A stretch of 64,000 nt of DNA from an uncultured Solirubrobacteraceae bacterium (lineage in GTDB: Bacteria > Actinomycetota > Thermoleophilia > Solirubrobacterales > Solirubrobacteraceae). The position numbers and the translations under genes are program-made. A model generated the notes under the pieces. That model was not told the origin of the DNA. It saw only the letters and a program-made list of their open reading frames with translations, and ran no database searches. Positions within the stretch are counted from its first letter, which is position 1. Each line of letters starts with the position of its first letter. The DNA lies in NCBI GenBank assembly GCA_964588985.1, contig CAZPQW010000004.1, positions 96,001-160,000 on the forward strand, in the 5' to 3' direction. This document shows positions 9,047 through 17,979 of this stretch, in pieces.

Positions 9047-9904
9047 ATGCGTATTGGGGACCTGAGTAGTCGGACGGGTATCACCGCCTACCAGCTGCGG
9101 GCGTGGGAACGTCGGTATGGGTTGTTGCATCCGCGGCGTTCTGCGGGCAACTACAGGCTGTATTCGTCTGCGGATGAGTCGCGTGTGCGTCTGATGCAGC
9201 GCTATCTGAGCGAAGGGGTCCCGGCGGCTCAGGCTGCGGAGATGACGATCGCGGCGCGCTTCTCCGTGGCTGCCGGGACTGGCCGCAGGGTTCCGTCGGA
9301 CGACGCGATGGTGGCTCGGCAGGCGATCCACAGCGCGCTCGCGCGTTTTGACGAGACCTCGGCGCAGCGGACGCTCGAGCGTCTGTTCGCGACGTTCACG
9401 CCAACGACGGTCGCGCGCGATGTGCTGTTGCCGTACATGCACGAGCTTGGGGAGCGGTGGAGCGCCGGGCAGGTCACGGTGGCGGAGGAGCATTTCGCGA
9501 CCAACTTCTTCCAGGCGCGCCTGTATGCGCTCGCGCGTGGCTGGGATCGCGGTCTCGGCCCCCGTGCGCTGCTGGCGTGTGCACCGAACGAGCAGCACTC
9601 CCTCGCTCTAATGGTTTTCGGGATCGCGCTCCACGAGCTTGGCTGGCGCATCACCTATCTCGGTGCCGACACCCCGATAGAGACCCTCACTGAGGTCGCC
9701 GAGCTCGCTCACCCCGAGCTGACCGTCGTTGCGGCGACCATGCCCCAGCGGCTATCCCGACACGCGAAACAGCTCGGGAGGTTCGCCGACAGCTGGTCGC
9801 TGGCGCTTGGTGGGCCAGGGGTAAGCGCTCGCCTCGCTAAGCAAGCCGGCGCGAGGCATCTCAAGGAAGACCCCATCACGGCCGCGAACACCGTCAGCCT
9901 CTAG
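9047..9904 (+). CDS. MerR-family B12-binding regulator (CarH/LitR-like)
   Basis: MerR HTH (LRAWERRYGLLHPRRSAGNYRLY), W-x9-EH (WSAGQVTVAEEH), EQH and YLGADTP B12-binding motifs. Confidence 0.9.
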   Translation: MRIGDLSSRTGITAYQLRAWERRYGLLHPRRSAGNYRLYSSADESRVRLMQRYLSEGVPAAQAAEMTIAARFSVAAGTGRRVPSDDAMVARQAIHSALARFDETSAQRTLERLFATFTPTTVARDVLLPYMHELGERWSAGQVTVAEEHFATNFFQARLYALARGWDRGLGPRALLACAPNEQHSLALMVFGIALHELGWRITYLGADTPIETLTEVAELAHPELTVVAATMPQRLSRHAKQLGRFADSWSLALGGPGVSARLAKQAGARHLKEDPITAANTVSL

Positions 9905-10022
9905 CAGCGCTCCGATACTCCAGCGTATAAGTCCGCAACCTTAGACACAGGTTGCTCTCTCTGTCTACCCAGGCGCCATCTCCGGGTAGCTTGCTGCCTA
10001 TTCCACCAGTTAGCCATGAACC

Positions 10023-10259
10023 ATGGACACGGTAGATCCGACCGACCAATCCCTTGCCCGCACCCTGCGTCGACTGCGCCACGAACGCGGAAGCACGCAG
10101 GAGGATCTCGCGCACACTGCCGGCCTCACGGTCGGGGCACTTGCCCGGATTGAGCGTGGCCAGGCAAACCCCAGCTGGACAACCGTCAAACGTATCCTCT
10201 GCGCCCTCGAGATCAACCTCGTCGAACTCGCCGGGGAGGTTGAAAATGCGACAGTGTGA
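10023..10259 (+). CDS. XRE family HTH regulator
   Basis: LRRLRHERGSTQEDLA...IERGQANPSW. Confidence 0.88.
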   Translation: MDTVDPTDQSLARTLRRLRHERGSTQEDLAHTAGLTVGALARIERGQANPSWTTVKRILCALEINLVELAGEVENATV

Positions 10260-10533
10260 GCAGCCAGCCCACAAGGTTGTTGCTGCCAGCGGTCTTGCCG
10301 TGGCCCCGCCTTGCAAGGCCGCCGTCCACGAAGCCATCGGCCAAGCTATCCAGCGCATCCGCCGAGAGCGAGGCCATTCCCAAGAAGCCCTTGCCCTCAA
10401 AGCCGGTATCGCCCCCAGCGAGATGGCCGCGATCGAGCACGGGAAGCTCAACCCGAGCATCGACACGCTCCTCAAGATCACCACCGGGCTCGACATATCC
10501 GCGTACACGCTGCTGCGCCGTGCCGGACTGTAG
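10246..10533 (+). CDS. XRE family HTH regulator
   Basis: GGAGG RBS; IRRERGHSQEALALKAG...IEHGKLNPSIDTL. Confidence 0.82.
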   Translation: MRQCEQPAHKVVAASGLAVAPPCKAAVHEAIGQAIQRIRRERGHSQEALALKAGIAPSEMAAIEHGKLNPSIDTLLKITTGLDISAYTLLRRAGL

Positions 10534-10659
10534 GGAACCGGGATCGAGCGTGCTTTGGCGCCCGGGCTCAGCTCTAGACTCGCCACCGAGTTGGCTGGCG
10601 CGACGCGTTTGGCAGAGTCCAGCAGCGCCTTGTGGGGCGCGACAGATCGGAGGTTTGCG

Positions 10660-11784
10660 GTGAGGCGGATCAAGATGGGTGTGATTGTGGGCGCGGTGCT
10701 CTTGCTGTGCGCAGTCGCGGCGGCGCATGCGGCGAGCAGCGTCGTCCTCTGCTCCGGGAAAGGCGGTGCGCTGCACGCCGCTGGTAAGTCCGGCAAGTGC
10801 GCTCACGGTCAGCACGAGCTGACGCTCGCCAGTGCCGGTGCTCTCAGCGCCGCGCAGCACGAAGTCAAATCGCTGCGCGAAACCGTGGCCTCCCAGCAGA
10901 GCACCATCACCACCCTTCAGTCGCAGGTGAGCTCGCAGCAGGGAGGTGTCGGCTCGCTTCAGAGCACGGTCAATGGGCTCAGTAACACGCTCGCAGGCGT
11001 CTCGCGGATCGGCAGCACGCTGCGGTTGACCGGCCTGAACCTGCAGATCGTCAGTGGCTCGGGGAGCACGGCCGGGACGGTCAACGGCCTCGGCAACGTG
11101 ATCATCGGCTACGACGAGAAACCCGGTACACAGACCGGCTCTCACAACCTCGTGCTCGGCGACCAGCAGGCGTTCACGTCATATGGAGGGTTGATCGCGG
11201 GGCAGGCCGACTCGCTGGGCGCTCCGTTTGCGGTCGTCCTCGGCGATCACAACACCGCTGGCGGGGAATTCGCTGCGGTCACGGGAGGGGAACAGAACGA
11301 AGCACAGGGCATGGCTTCCTCCGTAGGTGGCGGGAACTTCAACCTGGCGTCCGGCACGTTCTCGAGCGTGGTTGGCGGGTGTGAGAACCTGGCCGGGAGC
11401 GGCAGCTCTCTGTCGGGAAGCTGCTCCACGGGAGCGCAGGCGGTCCTCGGCGGGTTCGAGAACACCGCCTCGGGCCTCGAGTCGACGGTGAGCGGAGGCG
11501 AGGTGGACACTGCCTCCGGTGGCGCCGCGGCGGTTGGCGGCGGGCAGTTCAACACAGCCAGCGGGGGCGGAGCGTCGGTCGCCGGTGGTGACGACAACTC
11601 CACAAGTGGCTCGTTTGCCTCGATTCTCGGTGGCTTCGACAACTCCGCGACGACTTTCGATGCGACCGCGGTCGGCGGTGAGTCGAACACCGCATCGGGT
11701 ACAGGATCCGCGATCCTCGGCGGCGACGGCAATACCGCATCTGCCAACTGCCAGGCAGTCCCAGCGGCGTCCGGTACCTGCTAG
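10660..11784 (+). CDS. Secreted coiled-coil + Gly-rich repeat protein (adhesin/fibre-like)
   Basis: Signal peptide, heptad coiled coil (LQSQVSS..LQSTVNGL), ~14-aa GGxxNxASGxxxxV repeats. Confidence 0.75.
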   Translation: MRRIKMGVIVGAVLLLCAVAAAHAASSVVLCSGKGGALHAAGKSGKCAHGQHELTLASAGALSAAQHEVKSLRETVASQQSTITTLQSQVSSQQGGVGSLQSTVNGLSNTLAGVSRIGSTLRLTGLNLQIVSGSGSTAGTVNGLGNVIIGYDEKPGTQTGSHNLVLGDQQAFTSYGGLIAGQADSLGAPFAVVLGDHNTAGGEFAAVTGGEQNEAQGMASSVGGGNFNLASGTFSSVVGGCENLAGSGSSLSGSCSTGAQAVLGGFENTASGLESTVSGGEVDTASGGAAAVGGGQFNTASGGGASVAGGDDNSTSGSFASILGGFDNSATTFDATAVGGESNTASGTGSAILGGDGNTASANCQAVPAASGTC

Positions 11785-11856
11785 CCCCACCTCCGGAGTG
11801 ACGATGCCGGCGCTCCACGATGGGCGTCGGCCACACGCGCACGGGTCCGAAAGGGT

Positions 11857-12132
11857 CTAGCGCGCGGGACTGACGGCGAACCAGTCGAGCTTGAGCTCAG
11901 GCGTTCGCTCGCAGATCTCCGCGACTGCGCCGAGCACCTCGCGACGGCCGATGTCGACGCGTTCGTCCTGTGTCACGGCCACCGGGAGGTCCCGGTCGAG
12001 GATCGCTGTTACATTCGGGCCAACGCGCGCGAACCGCACGTCCTCGCAGCGGTTGCCCATCCGCATGGTCAGCAGGTCTAGGGCATCCTCCGGAGGCGAT
12101 CCGCTCGCGTGTCTGGTGATGCGAAACCTCAT
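11857..12132 (-). CDS. Hypothetical protein
   Basis: Compact 91-aa ORF with protein-like composition, AT-rich upstream region. Confidence 0.55.
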   Translation of the reverse strand: MRFRITRHASGSPPEDALDLLTMRMGNRCEDVRFARVGPNVTAILDRDLPVAVTQDERVDIGRREVLGAVAEICERTPELKLDWFAVSPAR

Positions 12133-12282
12133 GAGAGAAACGTAGCGCTCCTACAGGTCATGCGCAAGGGTGTTGGTGAGCCCTTGTGATGAATAGGTGG
12201 TTTTGTGAAAGTGTGAGTAGCTGCGACGAGGTTTGTACACCTTGCGAGCACGGCACGACAGTCAAGTCCGCCTGCCCTGGCT

Positions 12283-12687
12283 CTAGGTGTCTGACCGCAG
12301 CTGCTCCGCATAGCCGCGGGTCGCGACCGCGACGGTGCACGGAGCCCCGTTCAGGGCAGCACGCGTGTCGTCGCCCAGGAGCGCCCGCCCGAGCACCCCG
12401 TGGCTGCAGGAGCCGACCACGAGCAGATCCGCACTGATGTCTTGCGCCTGCTGGTGAAGCCCAGACCCCGGGCTCGTCGAGGCGACGCTGACAAGCTCCG
12501 CGTCGACGGCGGCCATGGTGCGCTCCTCTTCCAGGAGCTCGTGTGAGATCCCGCGCTCGGTCGCCTCGTCGCGGTGCACGTGGACCAGCGTGAGCTTGCC
12601 GTCGGGATCGATGAGCTGAGAGGCGAGCGCGATGGCGTCGCGTCCGTTGGTCCTGCCGTCCACACCCACGAGCACGTTCTGGAACAT
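12283..12687 (-). CDS. Universal stress protein (single domain, possibly truncated)
   Basis: MFQNVLVGVDG...ADLLVVGS.SHG...LLGD...APCTVAV; GGAGGA RBS. Confidence 0.85.
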   Translation of the reverse strand: MFQNVLVGVDGRTNGRDAIALASQLIDPDGKLTLVHVHRDEATERGISHELLEEERTMAAVDAELVSVASTSPGSGLHQQAQDISADLLVVGSCSHGVLGRALLGDDTRAALNGAPCTVAVATRGYAEQLRSDT

Positions 12688-12721
12688 CACAATCTCCTCC
12701 GGTTTCTCATTCGGCGCGTCG

Positions 12722-13558
12722 CTACCGCGCGCTCCTGGCTGGTTCCTCGGCGGCTTCCCGTCGAGGTGAATAGGGAAGTGCCCCACGGGGGGCACGGTCC
12801 TGCGCGCCGGCCGCCTGCTGGCCGGAGGCCGTGACGAGGAAGAACCCGATCAGCGCCAGCCACAGCCCGCCGGCGGCACCGGCCGTGAACTCCAGCGCCC
12901 CGAGGAAGATCATCAGGTAGCCGAAGCCGCGCCCGACGCTCGCGGCGGTCTGTGTAGCTGGACCGATGTCGCCGCTGCGACGCCACAGCAGCGAGCGCAG
13001 CACGCGGCCGCCGTCGAGCGGGAACGCTGGCAGCAGGTTGAAAACGAAGATCATCCCGTTGACGAGCACCTGGTATTCGACGAGCGCTCGAAGCATCGCG
13101 GGGGTCGAGGCGGGCAGTGCAACCAGGACGACGCCGAAGATCGAGGCGATCGCGGCTGTGACGGCGGGACCGGCAAGCGCATAGCGCAGCTCGTCGCCGG
13201 GGTCGTGGGCCTCTCCGCGCATGCGCGAGACGCCGCCGAGTAGCCACAGGTCGATCCCCTCCACTTCGATGCCGTGCCTGCGCGCGACGATCGCGTGGCC
13301 GAACTCGTGGGCGAGGATGCTCGCGAACAGCAGCAGCGCGCTCGCGAGGCCCAGCGCGTAGGACGCCGCGGGGCTGATGCCGTTCACCACTTCCGGGAAG
13401 TACGAGTCCCCCAGCGACCACGTGATCAACGCGACGATCACGAGCCACCACGGGCTCACCCCGATCGGTATCCCGGCGATACGCGCTATGCGAAGACTGC
13501 GACCAGGCACCCATCCACCGTAGACACGGCGAGCGTCCCGTTCATCAGTGCCTTTCAC
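12722..13558 (-). CDS. Site-2 protease (M50) family, C-terminal CBS pair absent
   Basis: HEFGH, AGP, FNLLPAFPLDGGR motifs, multiple TMs. Confidence 0.9.
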   Translation of the reverse strand: MKGTDERDARRVYGGWVPGRSLRIARIAGIPIGVSPWWLVIVALITWSLGDSYFPEVVNGISPAASYALGLASALLLFASILAHEFGHAIVARRHGIEVEGIDLWLLGGVSRMRGEAHDPGDELRYALAGPAVTAAIASIFGVVLVALPASTPAMLRALVEYQVLVNGMIFVFNLLPAFPLDGGRVLRSLLWRRSGDIGPATQTAASVGRGFGYLMIFLGALEFTAGAAGGLWLALIGFFLVTASGQQAAGAQDRAPRGALPYSPRREAAEEPARSAR

Positions 13559-13639
13559 CTTGGCGATGCGTAGAAAACCCGCGTGAAGATCGAGGACTTG
13601 TCTCGAATTTCCGGGCTGCGACGGTGGTACGGTGAACGC

Positions 13640-13960
13640 ATGATCATCTCGACGATGAACGACCTGCCCGGCTATGAGATCGAGGAGGTCTACGGAGAGG
13701 TCTTCGGCCTCACGGTGCGCTCGCGCAACCTCGGCTCCCAGATCGGCGCGAGCCTGAAGTCGCTGGTCGGCGGCGAGCTGAAGGGGATGACGAAGATGCT
13801 CGCCGCGGGTCGCCAGGACGCGACCGAACGGTTGGTGGAGGAGGCGGGGGCGAAAGGCGCCAACGCGATCATCGCGTTTCGCTTCGACACCTCAGAGCTG
13901 GGCTCGGTGTGGACGGAGATCTGCGCTTACGGAACGGCGGTCAGGGCGCGCAAGCTCTGA
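13640..13960 (+). CDS. ybjQ: YbjQ (UPF0145) family protein
   Basis: GASLKSLVGGELKG...GANAIIAFRFD...YGTAV. Confidence 0.92.
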   Translation: MIISTMNDLPGYEIEEVYGEVFGLTVRSRNLGSQIGASLKSLVGGELKGMTKMLAAGRQDATERLVEEAGAKGANAIIAFRFDTSELGSVWTEICAYGTAVRARKL

Positions 13961-13985
13961 CGGTCGCCGTGTCAGACTTCTGGGG

Positions 13986-15131
13986 GTGAGCACGCCGATC
14001 GACGGGCACTGCGCCCCCGAGTTCGCGCGGGTCCGGGAGGCGTTCGAGGCGAACTTCGCCGAGCGAGGCGAGCTCGGCGCGGCCGTGCACGTGATCGTCG
14101 CGGGCGAGACCGTCGTTGACCTGGTGGGCGGATGGGCCGACGAGGCTCGCACCCAGCCGTGGCGCCACGACACGATCGTGGGGGTCTACTCGGTCGGAAA
14201 GGCGATCCTCGCCCTGCTTGCGCTGCGGCTCGTCGAGGAGGGACGGCTCGCACTCGATCAGCCCGTCGCCGAGGTGTGGCCCGAGTTCGCCGTCGGCGGC
14301 AAGACAGGGGCCACGGTCGCGCACGCGCTCAGCCACCGCGCGGGCGTCCCCGCGATCCGCGAGACGCTCACCGACGAGGACCTGTTCGACTGGGAGCGGA
14401 TGGCCGGCGCGGTCGCGGCGACCGACGCGTGGTGGGCGCCGGGAGAGCGGGTGGTGTACCACACCAACACGTTTGGCCATCTCATCGGGGAGCTGATCCA
14501 TCGTGCGAGCGGCCAGATGCCGGGTGAGCGACTGCGAGCGATCGCCGAGCCGCTCGATGCGGACGTGTGGTTCGGTGTGCCGGTAGCTCAGCAGGACCGC
14601 TGCGCGGACGTGGTGTGGGCGCCTGCACAGCCGATGCCGACGATCGGCGCGTTCGACGCGCTCGAGGGCGATCTCCTGATGAACGCGCTGGCCCACTTCA
14701 ACCCGCCCGGCTACTCGTCGGTCGGCCTGGTCAACACGCCGGCGTGGCGCTCGTCGCAGATCGGCTCGACGAGCGGACACGCGTCGGCCTCTGGCATCGC
14801 ACGGATCTACGCCGCGCTGCTCGATCCCGGCCGTCTGCTCTCGCCCGAGCTGCTCGCCCACGCCACCGCCCCACGCGCCACCGGGCACTGTCCGATCCTC
14901 GGCGAGGAGGTCGCGTTCGGTCTCGGGTTCCAGCGCACCACCGCGCGCCGGCCGCTCGGGCCCAATGGCCGGAGCTTCGGCCACTTCGGCACCGGCGGCG
15001 CGCTCGGCTTCGCCGACCCCGATGCAGGCGTGGCGTTCGGCTACGCGATGAACCACGTCATTCCCCGCTGGCAGAGCACGCTCAACCGCACGCTCGTCGA
15101 CGCCGTGTACGCCTCGCTCGCGGCCCGCTGA
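13986..15131 (+). CDS. Serine hydrolase, beta-lactamase-related esterase
   Basis: SVGK (SxxK), LSHRAG, YH, FGHFGTGG. Confidence 0.9.
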   Translation: MSTPIDGHCAPEFARVREAFEANFAERGELGAAVHVIVAGETVVDLVGGWADEARTQPWRHDTIVGVYSVGKAILALLALRLVEEGRLALDQPVAEVWPEFAVGGKTGATVAHALSHRAGVPAIRETLTDEDLFDWERMAGAVAATDAWWAPGERVVYHTNTFGHLIGELIHRASGQMPGERLRAIAEPLDADVWFGVPVAQQDRCADVVWAPAQPMPTIGAFDALEGDLLMNALAHFNPPGYSSVGLVNTPAWRSSQIGSTSGHASASGIARIYAALLDPGRLLSPELLAHATAPRATGHCPILGEEVAFGLGFQRTTARRPLGPNGRSFGHFGTGGALGFADPDAGVAFGYAMNHVIPRWQSTLNRTLVDAVYASLAAR

Positions 15132-15174
15132 GCACATTTCTGCGGAAAATCCGGGGTGATCTTCTCGGGGGGTC

Positions 15175-15204
15175 TTGCGCGCCGGAGGAGCCGCTTGTTA
15201 GGTT
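15175..15204 (+). promoter_or_regulatory. Housekeeping-sigma promoter TTGCGC-N18-TAGGTT with extended TG
   Basis: Predicts a start near 15211, the first base of a closing stem. Confidence 0.55.
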
Positions 15205-15210
15205 GCATCC

Positions 15211-15327
15211 AGACGCGGAACCGAGCCGCAAAGAGCGAGGCCACCGAGGTGTGAGGCCGTGCCACCCAACCGATCGAGCCGCAAGGCGAGAGCGCGAGGG
15301 TTCCTCAAACGGCACGGGACCGCGTCT
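15211..15327 (+). ncRNA. Candidate structured RNA of unknown family (~117 nt)
   Basis: Closing stem AGACGCGG/CCGCGTCT, inner stem CCGTGCC/GGCACGG, GCC-GCAA-GGC GNRA hairpin, upstream promoter. Confidence 0.5.
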
Positions 15328-15348
15328 ATTTCGTTAAGTTGACTCCGC

Positions 15349-16086
15349 ATGACCTCGCGGACTCATCGACATCGCGCCGCAGGTCTCGTGTTCCTGCTCG
15401 TGCTCGTGGTGGGAGCGTCCGCGATCGCCGACGTGCGCGGTGGCTCCTCGGGCGCTCGGGTGAGCGCAAGCGTCGGCAAGTCTCGTACCACGGCGGTACG
15501 AGCGGAGGTATCGCATCGCGTGAGGCGCGCTCACGCTCATCAGGCGGGACCGTCTCCCGGCTCGCTGCCTCAGACTCACGCGTATCCGTCCGGTAGCAGC
15601 GCGCAGTTCAAGTCGCTGATGGCGTCTCTGTGGGCCGGCATCTCCACGGGCTCGGTGGCTCCCGCGCTGAGGGCCTTCTTCCCGAGGGGCGCGTACGCTC
15701 AGCTGAAGGCGATTCCGTCGGCGAGCTCGGACTGGACCAACCGGCTCGTTCACGACTACGGCCTGGACATCGCCGTGGCTCACAAGCTGCTCGGCCGCGA
15801 CGCCGCGAACGCCCAGCTCGTCAAGGTCAACGTGCAGTCCCGCTACGGCCACTGGGTTCCACCTGGCGTTTGTTACAACAGCATCGGCTACTACGAGATG
15901 CCCAACGCGCGCGTCGTCTACCGCGAGGCTGGCCATACCCGCTCGTTTGGCATCGCGTCGATGATCTCCTGGCGAGGGGTCTGGTACGTCGTCCACCTCG
16001 GCGCGATCCTCCGGTCGACCGATTCGGGAAGAGTGGACGAACCGGCGTCTGGAGCCGGCGTTTCGGTGTACTCGGGAACCTGTTAG
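15349..16086 (+). CDS. Secreted/membrane-anchored hypothetical protein
   Basis: N-terminal hydrophobic helix, globular C-terminus (FFPRGAY, PGVCYNSIGYY, SWRGVWYVVHLG). Confidence 0.75.
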   Translation: MTSRTHRHRAAGLVFLLVLVVGASAIADVRGGSSGARVSASVGKSRTTAVRAEVSHRVRRAHAHQAGPSPGSLPQTHAYPSGSSAQFKSLMASLWAGISTGSVAPALRAFFPRGAYAQLKAIPSASSDWTNRLVHDYGLDIAVAHKLLGRDAANAQLVKVNVQSRYGHWVPPGVCYNSIGYYEMPNARVVYREAGHTRSFGIASMISWRGVWYVVHLGAILRSTDSGRVDEPASGAGVSVYSGTC

Positions 16087-16090
16087 CGCG

Positions 16091-17182
16091 TCACGCGAGA
16101 GCAGCAACCCGCTCCACCGTGGCGATCGGCGAGGTTGCGCTCGTGCCCTGCAGCACGACCTTGAGGGCGCCGGTGTTGGCGGCGTCGGCGAACGTGTCGT
16201 ACGCGGACATCGTGTCGCCGAGCGCGAAGCGGTGTGTGGCGAACAACGATGGGTCGAGGCGACCGCTCGAGATCAGCCGCATCAGCTGCGGGATGCTGAA
16301 CGTGTCGACGAGCCCAGTGGTGATGGTGACGTCGCGGATCCACAGCTTCTCCAGATGCAGGGTCGCTGACTGGCCGTGCAGGCCGATGTTCGCGACCCGC
16401 CCGCCCGGACGGATCAGCTCCGTGGCCAGCTCGAAGGTCTGCGGCACGCCGACAGCCTCGAAGGCGGCGTCGGCACCGAGACCGTCTGTCATCTCCATGA
16501 CCAACGCCACGGGGTCTTCGCTGCTGTTGTTGATCGTGATGTCAGCGCCGAACCTGCGAGCACTCTCCAGCCGGCTGTCGGCGAGATCGATCGCGACGAT
16601 CCTTCCGGGTGTGTAGAGCTTGGCGGTGAGGATCGCCGCGAGGCCGATCGGACCGGCGCCGACGATCGCGACCACATCTCCCGGTGAGACCATGCCGTTG
16701 AGCACGCCGACCTCGTAGGAGGTGGGGAGGATGTCGGCGAGGAACAGCACCTGCTCGTCGGTGAGCTGTGCGGGAACCTTGTAGACGGAGTTGTCGGCGA
16801 ACGGCACGCGCGCGTATTCCGCCTGCAGGCCGTCGATCAGATGGCCGAAGATCCAGCCTCCTCCGCCGAGGCACTGGCCGTAGCGGCCCTCCTTGCAGTA
16901 GCGGCAGCGCCCGCAGGAGCTTACGCACGACATCAGCACCCGGTCGCCTGGGACGACCGTGCTCACGCCGGCTCCCACCTCCTGCACCGTTCCCACGGCC
17001 TCGTGTCCGAGCACCGTGCCGGGCGTCGTCTCGGGGACGTTGCCTTTGAGGATGTGCAGATCGGTGCCGCAGATCGTCGAGGTGTCGATCCGCACGATCG
17101 CATCCGTGGGGTCGAGGATCGTGGGGTCGGCAATGGTGTCCCAGCCTCGTTCGCCGGGGCCGTGGTAGACGAGAGCCTTCAT
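16091..17182 (-). CDS. Zn-dependent alcohol dehydrogenase (MDR family)
   Basis: ICGTDLH, GHE, CGRCRYC, GAGPIG. Confidence 0.95.
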   Translation of the reverse strand: MKALVYHGPGERGWDTIADPTILDPTDAIVRIDTSTICGTDLHILKGNVPETTPGTVLGHEAVGTVQEVGAGVSTVVPGDRVLMSCVSSCGRCRYCKEGRYGQCLGGGGWIFGHLIDGLQAEYARVPFADNSVYKVPAQLTDEQVLFLADILPTSYEVGVLNGMVSPGDVVAIVGAGPIGLAAILTAKLYTPGRIVAIDLADSRLESARRFGADITINNSSEDPVALVMEMTDGLGADAAFEAVGVPQTFELATELIRPGGRVANIGLHGQSATLHLEKLWIRDVTITTGLVDTFSIPQLMRLISSGRLDPSLFATHRFALGDTMSAYDTFADAANTGALKVVLQGTSATSPIATVERVAALA

Positions 17183-17303
17183 CTCCGTACCTGCCTTTGG
17201 GTCGAGTGCGACGAGTCAGATGTCGTACTGCAAGGTTGCTGCATGCAAGGCAGTCGGCGCATCGGGGACTCTCCTCAGGCCGGTGCGCGTTACTACGGAT
17301 CGG

Positions 17304-17873
17304 CTAGGTCGCGACCGGGGCGCGCTTCACCGCGGAGATCCTGAGTGAGATCCTGACCTTGTCGCCGAGCAGCACTCCGCCCGTGTCGAGCACCTGATTC
17401 CAGCTGAGGCCGAAGTCCTTGCGGCTGAGCGCTCCTCGTAACTCGAGCTCGATGCGCTCGCCTTCGCCGGTCTCGCGTGCCCCGCCGTCGAGCCGCGCAT
17501 CGAGCTCGATCTCACGGGTGACGCTACGCATCGTCAGGTCACCCACGATGCGCATGCGCCTGCTGTCGAGGTGGTCGATGCGGGTCGAGTCGAAGCTGAT
17601 CTCCGGATATCGCTCGGCGTCGAAGAAGTCGGCCGAGCGCCGCAGGTGCTCGTCGCGCACCGGCTCATTCGTGTCGATCGAGGCTGCCTTGACCGCTCCC
17701 GTCGCACGCGGCGGGTTTGATCCCATGTCGAGCGTCCCATCGAAATCGCGGAAGCGGCCACTCATGCTGGTGAGCATCATGTGCTTCACGGTGAACGTGA
17801 CGCTCGAGCGCGAGACGTCGATCGACCACCTGCCTGCCGGGACGGCGACGCTGGCTCCATCCGCTACGGACAT
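17304..17873 (-). CDS. yceI: YceI family (polyisoprenoid-binding) protein
   Basis: SIDT...RDEHLRRSADFFDAERYP, LSRKDFGL. Confidence 0.9.
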   Translation of the reverse strand: MSVADGASVAVPAGRWSIDVSRSSVTFTVKHMMLTSMSGRFRDFDGTLDMGSNPPRATGAVKAASIDTNEPVRDEHLRRSADFFDAERYPEISFDSTRIDHLDSRRMRIVGDLTMRSVTREIELDARLDGGARETGEGERIELELRGALSRKDFGLSWNQVLDTGGVLLGDKVRISLRISAVKRAPVAT

Positions 17874-17979
17874 TCGGAAGCTCCCCGATTGGTGACGATG
17901 CTAGGCACGCAGGCTCGCCTCTGCGCGGCGCGCGCGCATCGGTAGAAGACCCCATCGTCGGTCAGTGATTCGCACGGGA

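Larger units (their letters stand above)
7469..12280. mobile_element. Putative degenerate tRNA-anchored genomic island
   Basis: Begins right after tRNA-Gly; AT-richer; HNH relic, XRE pair, surface proteins; no integrase and no att duplication seen; right edge approximate. Confidence 0.45.

Noticed and set aside
13986-15131. Beta-lactam resistance gene
   Set aside because: No signal peptide; motifs fit cytoplasmic family VIII esterases
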